A stretch of DNA of 64,000 nt from Squalus acanthias (GCA_030390025.1 CM059431.1:157110001-157174000); one strand, 5' to 3'; shown: positions 35,228-48,799, counted from the stretch's first letter. Numbers and translations: made by a program. Notes: generated by a model not told the origin, from the letters alone.

Positions 35228-35706
35228 TCAATCGAGGGAAAACCGTCCCATTTGCAACCTCACGTTGCTCTCCAAAGTAATTGAACGTGTTGTCACCTCA
35301 CAAATCCACGCTCTTCTTTCCCTCAACTCCATGTTTTTACATCTCCAATCGGGTTTCCGCTCATGCCACAACACTGGAATGGCCATTATCAAAATCATAG
35401 ATGGCATCCCATGTGACTGTGATTCCATTGCACGAGCCACCCTCATACGTCTAGACGTGTCCACAGCCATTGACATAGTTGACCATAACATCGCCCTCCA
35501 ACGCTTCTTCAGCGTTGTTCAGCTTGATGGGACTTTCCTCGCCTGGTTCCATTCCTATCGAGCTAGTCGAAGCCGGAGAATCACCTGCAATGTATTCTCT
35601 TTGTTTGCCTCGGTGTTATTTTTTTTCTGTTAATATTACTGTTAAACGCCATGCGGCGTATTACTAAGATAAAGGTGCTATATAAATGCAAGTTGTTGCT
35701 GTTGCT
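35228..35706 (+). mobile_element. Internally deleted L2 remnant
   Basis: LSKVIERVV..QSGFR..H.T..A..LDVSTAID RT segment joined to tail gctatataaatgcaagttgttg. Confidence 0.75.
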
Positions 35707-36404
35707 GAAATTCATGTCGTTCAGATGGATGCTAATTATCCCATGGTACCATCCGAATATACTTAGGAGCGTCTGCTGATGTCTCGGCCAACATTCCTCC
35801 CTCAATCGATAATACCACAAAACACATTAAGTGGTCACTCATCACATTACTTCTTGGAATTAATCATAGCGTTGGATCCCAATGCAGAGCCAGCATTAAT
35901 GCTGTCGGAAAATTACTAAACAGATCAGCACGAGCAGCATCGTCCCTAAAACTTGCGTTCAGTGCAGGAACATGTTTATCAGCTTTACCCGAACGCAAGA
36001 GTGAGACTTAATTACTCATGTTGCATTTACATATTTTTCACTTTTCCATAGAATTTTTTATGGTAACCCATTAAATCATGCTGAACTCTTCTCTCACCAC
36101 GCTTTGAATATTTCTTCACCACTGACAGCATGTTATGGCCACAGCTCCCCTTCCCATTAAAATACAGCCTGCTGCTCATGCCCTACAACATTCACAAACT
36201 GTAATCTGTGTACATCCGTTCACAATCTGAAGGCTTTTTTTACTCTTCTACTAACTGCTTGCATTTTTTTTTCATTACAGGCAAACTCTTACAAAGAAAA
36301 CCGACCTACCTTTCTGAAGTTATTCTTCTCTCCCACTTATCATCTGCTGTAGTTAAATAAACATTTCAGAGCTGAACTCTTTAAGAAACAACAACTAACA
36401 AATT

Positions 36405-36660
36405 GTGACAAAAACACAAAATGGTGGAGACACATAGCAGGTCCGATTACATCTGTGGAGAGGGAAACAGAGTTACCGTTTCAGGTCGATGACCTTTCAT
36501 CAGACTGGAAGATGTTAGCGATTAACAGGGGCTGTGTAGGAAAACAACAAAAGGAATGAATACACTGCACAACTAACTGTGATGGGATGTAGGGCAGAAG
36601 TGATTAGATGACAAAAGTGATGCTGGTGCAGGGATAATGAGGTGATACTGATGCAAGGGT
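36405..36660 (-). mobile_element. Old Penelope 3'-end remnant with hammerhead core
   Basis: Minus strand CTGATGAaaggtcatcgacctGAAAcggtaactctg at ~36470-36504. Confidence 0.7.
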
Positions 36661-37044
36661 AGAAACAAAAGTTCCCATTATCAGAGCACGTTCCCTTTGT
36701 CACCGTCCTGCTTCCAACCTCTCTACCTGACAGTGCAGGCTCGTGAACTGCTACAGACTCATACAACAAATTCATAATTGCACTTCTTTAATGGCGTACA
36801 AGAAGCAATGAAACCGATTTTTCACCCAGGAGTTCACCAATGATGACTTCTGACACGGCCTCCATCCTGTTCTACTATTCAATGAATTCCTCTCCCCCAA
36901 TAACGTCAGCATGTGAATTAGAAGGTTGTTGTTTCTCAGGTGTGGACTTCTGATATCATTGTGGTCGGCGACCTATAGGAGTTTGGGTCTGAGACGGTTA
37001 GCTTTGTTACAGGCTTCGATTATTTGTTGATTAATAATCTACCC

Positions 37045-38790
37045 AACGGTATAGCTACTGTTTGGGGGCCTATAAACTATTCCCACCAGTGTTTTCTGTC
37101 CCTTGTTATTTCTTATCTCCACCCATACTGATTCTATTTCCAGATCTTCCGAGCCAAGATCCTTTCTCACTACTGCCCTTATCACATCCTTTATTATCAG
37201 GTTTATACCTCCTTTTCCTTTCTCCCTGTTTTTTTCGAAACATCAAGTAATCTGGAGTATTTAGTTCCCAACTCGGACACCATACAACTACGTCCCTCTC
37301 ATGTCTATGAGATGAAAGCCATTTATCTGTATTTGAGCAACTAATTATTGTAACTTGTTACGAATGCTTCGTACATTCAGATAAAGTGCTTTTAATTTTA
37401 ACTTTTTACCTGGGTTCACCTTATTTGCTGATAAACTATTACTGTTAAAATCAGGCTGTGCCTTCGTTTCACCCTCTGCTTATCTTTTCCCAAATCGCTA
37501 CACTGCTCCATTTTCTACACTTTATTCTTAGATTTCAAAATGTTCCCTTCCCTGACAACTCTGCCTTTAGGTTTAATGCCCCATCTATAGCCCTAGTTAT
37601 TCGATTCGCCAGGACGCTGATTCCAGCCCGGTTTAAGTAAAGCCTGTCCCAACGGAACAGCTCCCTCTTTCCACATTACTGTCGCCAGTGCCCCATGAAT
37701 CAATACCGTTTTTCGCACACAAATCTTTGAGCCAGGCATTTAAATCTGTCATCTGCTTGTCCCAATGCCAATTTGCGCAGGGCTCAGCTAACACTTCGGA
37801 GAGTCTTACCTTTGAGGTTCTGCATTTTAATTTGGAAACTTGCTCTACAAACTGTCTCAGCAGAACCTCATCTCCATTTCAACATATGTCATTGGTTGTT
37901 ACGTGGACCACGGCCATTGGATCTTCCTCCTCCCAATGCAATTTTTTCTTCAGGCGCGAGGAAATATCCTTAACTCAGATAAACAGCCTTCGGAACTCCC
38001 GATCGCGGCTGCAGAGAACAGTATATATCCCACTGACTATACAGTCCCATACCAATACAACATTCCTTTTCACTCTCCCCGCACCCTTGACTGGCTTCCT
38101 AAACCACGGTGACGTGATCAGTTTGGTCATCAACCCTGCAAACTTCGCCCTTATCCGCACAGGCAGCAAGAAAATCGCACGTGTTGGATAAACGCAAAGG
38201 CCGAGGCTCATCCAGCAGCTCCACCAGGCTTCCTCTCACCTGCCTGACTCGCAGTCACACCCTGCTGTTCCAGACCACTAACCAGACCTTTAACACTAGC
38301 TAACCTAACAGGTGTTACTGCCTCCTGTATCAAAGTGTCCAGTTAACTCCTCCTCCCTGATGCCCCGCAGTGTCTGCACCTCGCACTTAAGCTCAACAAT
38401 TCTGAGCTGAAGTACCTCGCGATGCAGACACTTACTCTAGACGTCGTCATTCGGGATTTCAATATTCTCCACAAACTCTCACATGCTGCAGTTGCGGCAC
38501 ACCACCTGCACCACATCTATATACATACATGTTTTCTTTATTTAGTTAAATAAAGTTTATATATTTAATTATCTTAGCTTATAGTTTAATTTTTAACTCA
38601 ATAGTAGATCTATTTTATTTTATAAGCAGATGCAATTAAATACTTACCTGTAGCACAAAGCGCTCCAAATTTTGGAGGCAAAAAGCAACAACTCTATCCC
38701 ACACTGCGCCGAATTCCCACTCTCTCCAAATTCCCAAATTTAATACTCTGTTTGGAAGCATTCTATTTAAGACCACTCTGTGCAGACCAC
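37045..38790 (-). mobile_element. Degenerate CR1 5' portion (copy G): 5' UTR, ORF1, EN start
   Basis: ORF1 start resembling VVCRNCSM near 38515; RNVVLVWDCIVSG (GDS block); EN remnants 37050-37390. Confidence 0.8.
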
Positions 38791-38957
38791 TCTGTGCGTG
38801 AACAGATATGGTTTACTTTTACACACCTTGAAGCCAAAACAAGATTAGAATTACTATCTCAGCCCCCAAAATCACTCGAATTAGCACCTATTCAAGACAA
38901 ACACGCACAGCTGCTGATTGACAGTTAACAGAAGTTTCGAACATATTTCAAGTGCTT

Positions 38958-39288
38958 GAGTTTTATTCGTTCTTGGGATGTGGACGTCACTGGCCAGGCC
39001 AGCATTTATTGGCCATCGCTAATTGCCCTTGAGAAGGTGGTAATGAGCCGCCTTCTTGAAACGCAGCAGTCCGTGTGGTGAAGGTACTCCCACAGTGCTG
39101 TTAGGTAGGGAGTTCAAAGATTTTGACACAGCGACGATGAAGTAGAAGCAAGATATTTCCAAGTCAGGATGGTGTGTAACTTGGAGGGGAACTTGCAGGT
39201 GATGGTGTTCCCATGCTCCTGCTTCCCTTGTCATTCTCGGTGGAAGAGGTCGCGGCTTTGGGAGGTGCTGCCGAAAAGGCCTTGGCGA
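38958..39288 (-). mobile_element. 3' end of the LINE family seen at 43725-46895
   Basis: Matches 46600-46890 (GAWEH..LQVPLQVTHHPDL; caataaatgctggcc). Confidence 0.85.
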
Positions 39289-39289
39289 A

Positions 39290-42200
39290 TTATAGTCATA
39301 GAGTCATAATGGCACAAAAGGAGACCATTCGGCCCATCGAGTCCGTGCCGGCTCTCTGCAGAGCATTCGAGTCATCTCATTCCCCAGCTCTATCCCCGTA
39401 GCCCTGCAAATTTATTTCCCGAAGTGCCTATCCTTGAAAACATTGAGTGTCTCCAATTCCACCACTTCCGTCAGCAGCGAATTGCAGGTCATCAGCACTC
39501 GCTGCGTAAAAAAGTTTTGCCTCACGGCCCCCCTGTATCTCTTGCCCAAAACGTTATATCTGGGCCCCCTCGTCCTTGTACCATCAATTAGTGGGAACAG
39601 CCTTTTCCCGTCTAGCCTATCCAAACCCATCATAATCTTGTACACCTCTATCAAATCACCCCTCAACCTCCTTTGCTTTAATGAAAACAAATGTGAGAAG
39701 TCGCACAACACCAGTTTATAGTCCCACAGCTTTATTTGAAATTACAAGCTTTCGGAGCGCTGCTCCTTCGTCAGGAGAACGGGCAGCGCTCCGAAAGGTT
39801 GTGATTTCAAATAAAACTGTTGGACTATAACCTGGTGTTGTGCGACTTCTCACATTTGTCCACCCCAGTCCAACAACGGCATCTCCACATCATTAATGAA
39901 AACAAATCCAGCTTTTCGAAACTGTCCTTATAGCTAAGATCCCCCATTCCCGAAACCATTCTGGTAAATCTTCCCTGCATCCTCTCAAGGATCTTCACAT
40001 CCTTCCTAAAGTGTGGTGATGAGAACTGGACGCATTACTTCATTTGCGGCGTAACCAGCGCTTTATAAAGGTTCAGCATAACCTCTCTATTTTTGTACTC
40101 AATACCTCCATTTATGAAGCCCAAGATCCCATATGCTTTGCTAACCACTCTCTCAATATGGCCTGCCACATTCAGGGACCTATGGACATTAACTCCCAGG
40201 TCCCTCTGTCCCTGTACAGTCTTTTAAACTGTACCATTAAGTGTATATTGCCTCTCCTTGTTCCTTCTGCCAAAATGCATCACCTCACACTTCTCTGTAT
40301 TTAATTCCATCTGCCACTTGTCTGCCCATCCTGCTAGCCTTTCTGTGTCCTGTAGCAGTCGATTGATAGCATCATCACTGCTTGCCACACCCCCAAGTTT
40401 GGTGTCATCGGCAAATTTAGAAATTCTTCACTGTATTCCAATATCTAGATCACTTATATATATCAAAATACGCAGTAGCCCCAGCACTGGCCCGTGGTTA
40501 AACCCGTCTCTTCCAATCTTCAGTCTGAAAAGCAGTCATTTACCAAAATTCGCTGTTTCTGTCTTTAAGCCAATTCCTTTTCCAAGCTGCCACTGACCCA
40601 CCTATTCCATGAGCCTCACTTTTGTTAACCAGCATTCTATGTGGTACTTTGTCAAACACCTCCCGAAAATCCATGTCGACAACGTCCATTGCATTCCCTA
40701 CATCAATCCTCTTGGTTACTTCATCAAAAAGTTCAATTATACCGGTAAACACGATCTTCCTTTTACAAACCCTTGTTGACCCTCCTTGCTCAGCTTAAAA
40801 CTCTCCAAATGGCAGTTAAGTTTTACCTTGATTATTGTTTCTAAAACTTGACCCACCATTGATGTTAAACTGACCGGCCTGTACTTACTGGCATTGTCCT
40901 TTAGATTTTCTCGAAGAATGGTGTCACATTTGCCACTTTCCAATCCTCAGGCACCTCCCCCGTATGTAGGGAAGATTGTAAAATTATGGCAAGCCCTTCC
41001 CGTATCTTCTCCCCCAATTCCCTTAGCAACCTGGGACGCAAACCATTTGGATCAGGCGACTTGTCCACTCCAAGTATACCCAGACATTATAGTACATCCT
41101 GTCTATCAATGTTCACCCCTTCCATTGCTTCTAAATTTTGCACTTCTACCGATATATTGTCAGCATGCACCTAATTAGTAAACACCGATACAAAGTACTC
41201 ATTGAGTATTCTAGCCTTGCCCTGCGCCTCTAAGCATATATCACCTTGTTTGTTTCTAATAGGCACCACCCCGCCTCTTACTACCCGCTTACTGTATACA
41301 TGCCAGTAGAAGATTGTTGGGTTCCCTTTCATGTTAACCGCCATTCTATTCTCATATTCTCTCTTTGTCCATTTTTTCCCATCTTCACATCACCACTCAA
41401 CTTATTGTATTTGGTTGGTTGTCCCTTGAAGAATTCACCTGACATGCATCATACACCCTCTTTTTTTGTTTCATCATCTTCTCTATCTCCCTCTTCATCC
41501 AATGAGCCCTTGCTTTGGTTCCCTTACCCTTCGCTCTTGTTGGAATGTACCTAGCCTGTGCCTGTAACATGTCCTCCTTAAAGATCACCCATTGTTCCGT
41601 TACAGTTTTTCCTGTCTGTCTTTGGTTCCATTTTACCCTGGTTAGATCCTTTAGCATCCCATTGAAGTTAGCCCTATTACAGTTTGGAAGTTCCACTCTA
41701 GATTGTTCCTTGCTCTTCTCCATTGCTAACATAAAACACATGATACGATGATCACTGTTACCCAAGTGTTCTCCCACAGATACTTGGTCGACCTTGCTCA
41801 CGTCATTCCCTAGCACCAAATCCAGCAATGCCGCATTCCTAGTTAGGCCAAGAACATATTGGTCAAGAAAACTCTCCTGAACACATTTCAGAAATTCCTC
41901 CCCTTCCATTCCCATTATCCTACCATTATCCCAATCGATATTTGGGTAATTAAAGTCCCCTAGTATCACCACTCCATAGCTCTTGCATATCTCTGCGATT
42001 TCCCTGCATATTTGCTTCTCTACATCCCTTTCACTATTTGGAGGCCTATAGAATACCCCCAATAGCGTGATCATACCCTTTATGATCCTCAACTCTAACC
42101 TAATGGATTTTATCCTTGTCCCCTTAGGAACATGCTCCCTTTCCAACGCTACAATGTCTTCCTTAATCAGCACTGTCACATCACCTCCCTTTTTTCCTTC

Positions 42201-43090
42201 CCTGTATTTTCTGAACATTTTGTACCCTTGAATATTAAGTGCCCAGTCCTCACCGTTTCTAAGCCACGTTTCCGTTATTGCCACAACATCATATTGCCAG
42301 GCGGCTAATTGTAGCTCATCAAACTTATTTACCAAACTTTGTGCGTTTACGTACATGCATTCTAAGCCATTTTTGAATTTTTCGTAGTCTTCCTTCGTCT
42401 GCTCCTGCCTAATATGGTACTTCAAACGCCTCTAGTACGATCTTCTCTAGTACGATCCAACACACTCTCTCATTTATGCACCCTTTTCCTCTTTGCTACT
42501 ATTATATGCTGGTGTCCATCCCCCTGCCAAGTTAGTTTACTGCCCCCCAACAGCACTAGCGAACCTCCCCGCGAGAATATTGGTCCCGGCTCTGTTGAGG
42601 TGTTACCCGTCCGGCTTGTACAGGTCCCACCTTCCACAGAAACGGTCCCAATGCCTCAGGAATCTAAAGCCCTCCCTCCTGCATCATCTCTCCAGCCACG
42701 CATTCATCTATTCTATCCTCCTATTCCTGTACTCACTAGCACGTGGCACCGGGAGTAATCCGGAGATTACTACCTTTGAGGTCCTGCTTTTGAATCTCTC
42801 TCCTAGCTCCCTAAACTCTGCCTGCAAGACCTCATCCCTCTTTCTGCCAATGTCGTTGATACCGATATGGACAACGACCTCTGACTGTTCCCCCTCCCCG
42901 TTCAGTGTCCTGAAGCCGCTCAGCGACACCCTTGACCCTGGCAGCAGGGAGGAAACATACCATCCTGGAATCACGTTATGGAGAAACGCCTGTCTGTTCC
43001 CCTAAGTATCGAATCCCCTACCACTATGGCTCTTCCGTTATTTTTCCTCGCAGCGTGACTCTGAGCCACCCGTGGTGCCGTGGACTTGTC
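39290..43090 (-). mobile_element. Degenerate CR1 (copy I): tail, ORF2, ORF1 esterase fragment
   Basis: Tail tatagtcatagagtcata at 39290; EN ORF 41397-42425 (YVNAQSL, ITETW, YRPP, GDFN, SDH); ORF1 HIGINDIG 42708-42974. Confidence 0.9.
39693..39892. mobile_element. 200-bp palindromic Penelope (P1-family) mini-insertion
   Basis: 15-bp TSD TTAATGAAAACAAAT (39678-39692 / 39893-39907); two inverted copies of the P1 3' end meeting at the hammerhead. Confidence 0.88.
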
Positions 43091-43690
43091 AAAAATCATT
43101 GTACTCTCATATTCTCTCTTTGACAATTTTATTTTCATCCTCCTATCCCCTCTCAACTTATTGTATTTAGTCTGGTTCTCCATGGAAGAATTCACCTGAC
43201 ATCCAACATACACCCGCTTTTTTTGTTCCATCATCATCTCTATCTCCCTCATCATCCAAGGAACCCTGCTTTGTTACCCTTACCCTACCCTCTTGTTGGA
43301 ATGTTCCTAGCCTGCACTTGGAACATTTCCTCCTTAAAGATCACACATTGTTCCGTTGCAGTCTTTCCTGTCAGTCTTTGTTTCCATTTTACTCTGGCTA
43401 AATCCTTTCGATCCAGCCGCTCAGTTATATCATTGACCCTGGCACCAGGGATGCAAAATGTCATCCTGGCGTCATGTCTGCGGCCGAAGAAACGCCTGTC
43501 TGCTCCAGTAACTTTCGAATCCCCTACCATTATTGCTCTTCCACGCTTTTTCGTCCCACCCCCCCGCCCCGCCCCCACCCCTCCCCCCGCTGTGCAGCTG
43601 AGCCACCAGTGGTGCCTTGGACTTGTCTCTGGCTGCACTCCCCAGCGGACTCATCACCCCCACCAGTACTCAGAACAGAATTTTGGTTGG
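43090..43690 (-). mobile_element. Scrambled CR1 fragments (ORF2 tether region + ORF1 piece)
   Basis: 43095-43390 is similar to 41345-41655; 43410-43680 encodes RAIMVGDS...FCIPGARV. Confidence 0.7.
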
Positions 43691-43724
43691 AGTTGCTGCA
43701 GTGCATCCAGGGAGTGGTAGTGTC

Positions 43725-46700
43725 ACTGGGCTAGTCAGCCAAAGGCCTTGACTAGCTATTATCAGTAATGGTAGCCACGAAACTATCGGATTGTCGTTAA
43801 AACCAATCTCGTTCACTAATGCCGTTTAGCGAATGAAATCTGCCGTCCTTCCCTGGTCTGGCTTATATATGACTTCAGATCCAGTGTGGATGACTCTTAA
43901 CTGCCTTCTCAAATGGTCTAGCAAGCCACGCATTTGTAATCAACCGCTACAAAGCACCATAACCAGAATCAAAGCCGACTGACCAACCGCCCTCGACCTC
44001 AGCACTGGCTACGGGCACAACAACAGCACGCCCAGCCCAGTGGACCCTGCAAAGTCCTCCTCACCAACATCTGGGGACTTGTGTCAATTTTGGGAGAGCT
44101 GTGACAGACGAGTCAAGCAAGAGCCTGACATAGTCATACTCACAGAATCATTCCTTTAAGCCAATATCCCAAACTGCTCCATCACCATCCCTGGGAATGT
44201 CCCGTCCCATCGGAAGGACAGTTCAAACAGGGGTGGCGGCAGAGTGATTTACATTCGGGAAGGAGTGGCATTGGGTGTTTTCAACATTGACTCCAGACCC
44301 CATGAAATCTCATGGATTCAGGTCAAGCATGGGCAAGGAGTCCTCCTGCTGATTACCACTTGCCACCCTCCCTAAGCAGATGAATCAGTACTCCTCTATG
44401 TTGAAAACCACTTGGAAAAAGTACTGAGCGTAACAAAGGCACAGAATTTACTATGGGTGCGGGACTTCAATGTCCATCAACAAGAGTTGCTCGGTAGAAC
44501 CACTACTCCCGAGCTGGGCCGAGTCCTGAATGACATATCTGCCAGTCTGGGCCTGCGACAGTTGGGGAGACAACCAACACGAGGGGAAAACCTACTTGAA
44601 CTCGTCCTAACCAATCTACCTATTGCAGATGTATCTGTCTATGACAGTAGTGGTAGCAGTGACCACCGCACAGTCATTGTGTTGACGAAGTCCCGTCTTC
44701 ACGCTGAGGGTACCCTCCATCGTGTTATGTGGGACGAACACTTTGCTAAATGGGATAGATTCGGAACTGATCCAGCAGCTCCAAACTGGGCATGCATGAA
44801 GCGCTGATGACCATCAGCAGCAGCAGAATTGTATTCCATCACAATCTGTAACCTCTTGGCCGGTATATCCCTCACTCTCCCATTACCATCAAGCCAGGGG
44901 ACCAACCCTGTTCAATAATGATTGTAGAAGAGCATGCCAGCAGCAGCACCAGGCATACCTTATAATGAGGTGCCAACTTAGGGAAGCTGCAACACAGGAC
45001 TAGATGCTTGCTAAAAAGAGGATGCAGCCTGCTGTAGACAGGGCTAAACGATTCCACAATCAACGGATCAGATCAAAGCTCTACAGTCCTACCACATCCA
45101 GTCGTGAATGGTGTTGGACCATTGAACAACTACGGGGAGGAGGAGACTCCATGAATATCCCCTTCCTCAATGATGGTGGAGCCCAGCACGTGACTGTAAA
45201 AGACAAGGCTGAAGCGTTTGCTACCATCTTCAGCCAGAAGTGCCGAGTGGATCATCTATCTCGGCCTCCTCCTGAGGTCCCCAACATCACAGAAACCAGT
45301 CTTCAGCCAATTCGATTCACCCCAAGTGATATCAAGAAACGGCTTAGCGCACTGGATACAGCAAAGGTACTGGGTCCCGACAACTTCCCGGCTATCATGC
45401 TGAACACATTTGCTCCAGCACCAGCCGCGCCTCTAGCCAAGCTGCTCCAGTACAGCTACAACACAGACATCTACCGACAATGTGGGTAACGGCCCACGTA
45501 TGTCCTGTCCACAAAAAGCAGGACAAGTCCAAAGCGGCCAATTACCGCCCCATCACTCTACTCTCAGCAAAGTGATGAGAGGTGTCATCAACATTTATAT
45601 CAAACGGCACTTACTCACCAACAACCTGCTCACTGTTGCCCAGTTTGGGTTCTGCCAAGACCACTCGGCTCCCGACCTCATTACAGCCTTGGTCCAAACA
45701 TTGAAAAATTAGCTGAATTGAAGAGGTGAGGTGAGAGTGACTGTCGTTGATATCAAGGTAGTATTTGACCAAGTGTGGCATCAAGGAGCCGTAGTAAAAT
45801 TGAAGTCAATGGTAATCGGGGGGAAAAATCTCCAATGGCTGGAATCATAACTAACACAAAGGCAGATGGTTGTGGTGGTTGAATGTCAATCATCACAGCC
45901 CCAGGACATCGCTGCAGGAATTCCTCAGGGCAGAGTCCTAGGCTAAACCATCTTCTGCTGCTTCATCAATGATCTTATTTCCAAATTAAGGTCAGAAAAG
46001 AGGATATTCGTTAATGACTGCACAGTGTTCATCTCCATTCACAACTGGTCAGATATGGAAGCTATCCATGCCCTCAAGCTACAAGACCTGGACCATGTTC
46101 AGGCTTGGGCTGATAAGTGGCAGGTAACATGAGTGCCACAGAAGTGCCAGGAAATGGCTACCTCCAACAAGCTGGAATGTACCCATTGCCCCATTATATT
46201 CAATGGAATTACCATCGAATCATCCCCCACCATCAACATCCTAGGGGTCACCATTGACCAGAAACTTAGCTACACCAGCCTAAAAAATAATGTGGCAACA
46301 AGAGATGTCAGAGGCTAGGTATTCTGCGGCGAGTGCCACACCTCCTGACTCCCCAAAGCCTTTCCACCATCTACAAGGCACAAGCAAAGAGGGTGATGGA
46401 ATACTCTCCACTTGACTGGATGCACGCAACTCCAAAAACCCTCAAGAAGCTCGACACTATCCAGGACAAAACAGCCCACTTGATTGGCAAACCATCCAGC
46501 ACCTTAAACATTCACTCTCTCCACAACCGGCGTACCGTGGCTGCAGTGTGTACCATCTACAAGATGCACTGCAGCAACTCGCCAAGGCTTCTTCGGCAGC
46601 ACCTCCCAAACCTGCGACCTCTTCCACCTAGAAGGACAAGGGCAGTAGGCGCATGGGAGCACAACCAACTCCAAGTTCCCCTCCAAGTCACACACCATCC

Positions 46701-46895
46701 TGACTTGAAAATTTATCGCCGTTCCTTCATCATCGCTAGGTCAGAATCCTGGAAATCCCTACCTAACAGCAGTGTGGGAGTACCATCACTGCACGGACTG
46801 CAGCGGTTCAAGAAGGTGGCTCACCACCACCTTCTCAAGTTCAATTAAGGATGGGCAATAAATGCTGGCCTTGCATGCGACGCCAAGAACGGTGA
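43725..46895 (+). mobile_element. Degenerate near full-length LINE of a separate CR1/L2-group lineage (EN + RT, no ORF1 seen)
   Basis: EN begins KVLLTNIWGL near 44050; DFNVH, SDH, GPD, QFGF, PQG, INDL remnants; 3' end ggatgggcaataaatgctggcc. Confidence 0.85.
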
Positions 46896-47000
46896 AGGAA
46901 AAACAATATCATGGCATTTAATGTGGGATTTCTTGGGTTGTATTCGCTGATTACAGGAAAGCGATATGTCAACTAATACTCTATTGCACAAGTAAGAAAA

Positions 47001-47368
47001 GGAAACTCGTCCTGGGCGGTGGCACAAAACGGACGGTATCGGATCGGCCGCCCCTTATACGCAGCGCCTGATATTCAGTTCTATTGCAGTTAATGGAACT
47101 GAATATCAGGCGCTGCGTATAACGGGCGGCCGATCATATACGCCCGTTTATCGCCACCCGCCGAGACGTATTTCTAGGCCCATTGATCTCGACTTTTTTC
47201 TTGGGCGATGGCGCAAAACGGGCGGTATCGGATCCGCTGCACATTATACGCAGGGCCTGATATTCAATTTCATTGCAGTCAATAGTAAACATCGGGCGCT
47301 GTGTGTGAAGGGCGGCAGATCCGATATGGCCCGTTTTGCACCACAGTCCAAGTCGCATTACTAGGCCC
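47001..47368. mobile_element. Two tandem ~185-bp foldback MITEs
   Basis: Copy 1 (47001-47181) has a perfect 27-bp central stem ttatacgcagcgcctgatattcagttc / gaactgaatatcaggcgctgcgtataa; both copies end ctaggccc. Confidence 0.85.
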
Positions 47369-48799
47369 ATATCGTTCAGCTTTTCACAATCAATTCATCT
47401 TTCAATAGCTATAAAATGCGGTTTTTCTGCTACGGCAGTAATACATCAAATCCCGCTAAAATTCCGCTGTTCCAGTAAATATCACGGTAATTAGAGCGGT
47501 AGCGGTATTTCAACGATACCGAATCGGCCGTCCATTTTAAACTGCACCAGACTTTCGTTTCAGTTGCTTTTAACGGACAAGAAAGACAGGTGCGATGCAC
47601 CACGGGCTGTGCTTTCGCTATGTCCCTTTTTCTCCAAACGCCCAAGACCAAGTTTGCCCCAATGATTTTATTTAATTACTGGATTAGAATAACCTCAGAC
47701 GCTTTTATAATCCTTGCGAGGAATATAAGTATGAACAACATACGAATATTGCAATTGCTGGAAGAGAACAGATCCACATCAAATTAGCTCGCCTCCGACC
47801 GCCCTATTGGTCGCATGATACAAGGCTAATGGAGCAACGTGAATTATCGGTTGAGGAATCGATCCTTTCTTTTCCCCGTGAGGTTTGCAGTTGGCAATAT
47901 GACTGCAGTTTCAAACAGTTTTCCTTCTCACCAGTCATTTTACGGTTACGGAGGTCCAATATTCTCAGTGACTAGATTGTGCGGAGTGTGCAGCAGAGTC
48001 CCTCGATATAAGTGTCTGTGAGACCGTTGTTGCTCAGCCCGCATTACAAAGAGAAAACATGTGATTAGTATAATAAGCAGAGATGAAAATAAAAATATAA
48101 AATACTAATGCTGCCAATCTGAAAGCAAAGCAAAAAATCTTGCAATTCCACAGTCGGTCGTTATGGGTTTTAAGTGATTTATGTGACGGGTTAAATATTG
48201 AAGTAGAACTCGGCATGGACCTGTTGGGCCGAATGGCCTGTTTCTCTGCTGTAGATACTTTGTAACTCAGAACTAAATAGATGTAGTCAAAATCATCCCC
48301 CGTAGAACACGGCCATGGAGAAGGATTTACAGATTTGATGGGACATTTGAGAAGGTAAAATGTTTTCACTGGAGCTGAAATCTTCACCGAAGTACCTGTA
48401 AAATGCGTTTAGGATTACAGCAAAGCACATGGCAATCGTTTGTTGTGACTGGTCAGTAAGATGATGATGATGATTGGGCAGAGATTTCACATAATATTAA
48501 AAACAGTCATTTGAAAAATGTATTTGCACAGATGACTTGAGAAGATTTTCAATGGTACGGTGGTTAGACTGTTTGCTTCTGTAATTGGTCTCACTCACAA
48601 TGAGTTTGAGACACTCTTCCACTCATGCCCCTTTACAAGATGCATGACGATGCTTGAGCGTCTTTTTAACACCTTAGAATGCAAGCGGCGTGGATTAAGA
48701 GTAGATCTAATCGGCTCACCAAGTGGAAGAACCTTTCTCAACGCGCAAGGGGAATGGACCGTGGTTGTAAACGTCTTTCAGCGGCCGCCTGCTGTCCTA

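Noticed and set aside
38638..38655. ATACTTACCTG matching the U1 snRNA 5' end
   Set aside because: The match stops after 11 nt; it is the reverse complement of a splice donor, not a U1 gene.
48270..48400. Possible minus-strand exon (ttttacag acceptor) of another gene
   Set aside because: No recognisable protein motif or partner exons; runs into a CR1 tail remnant.
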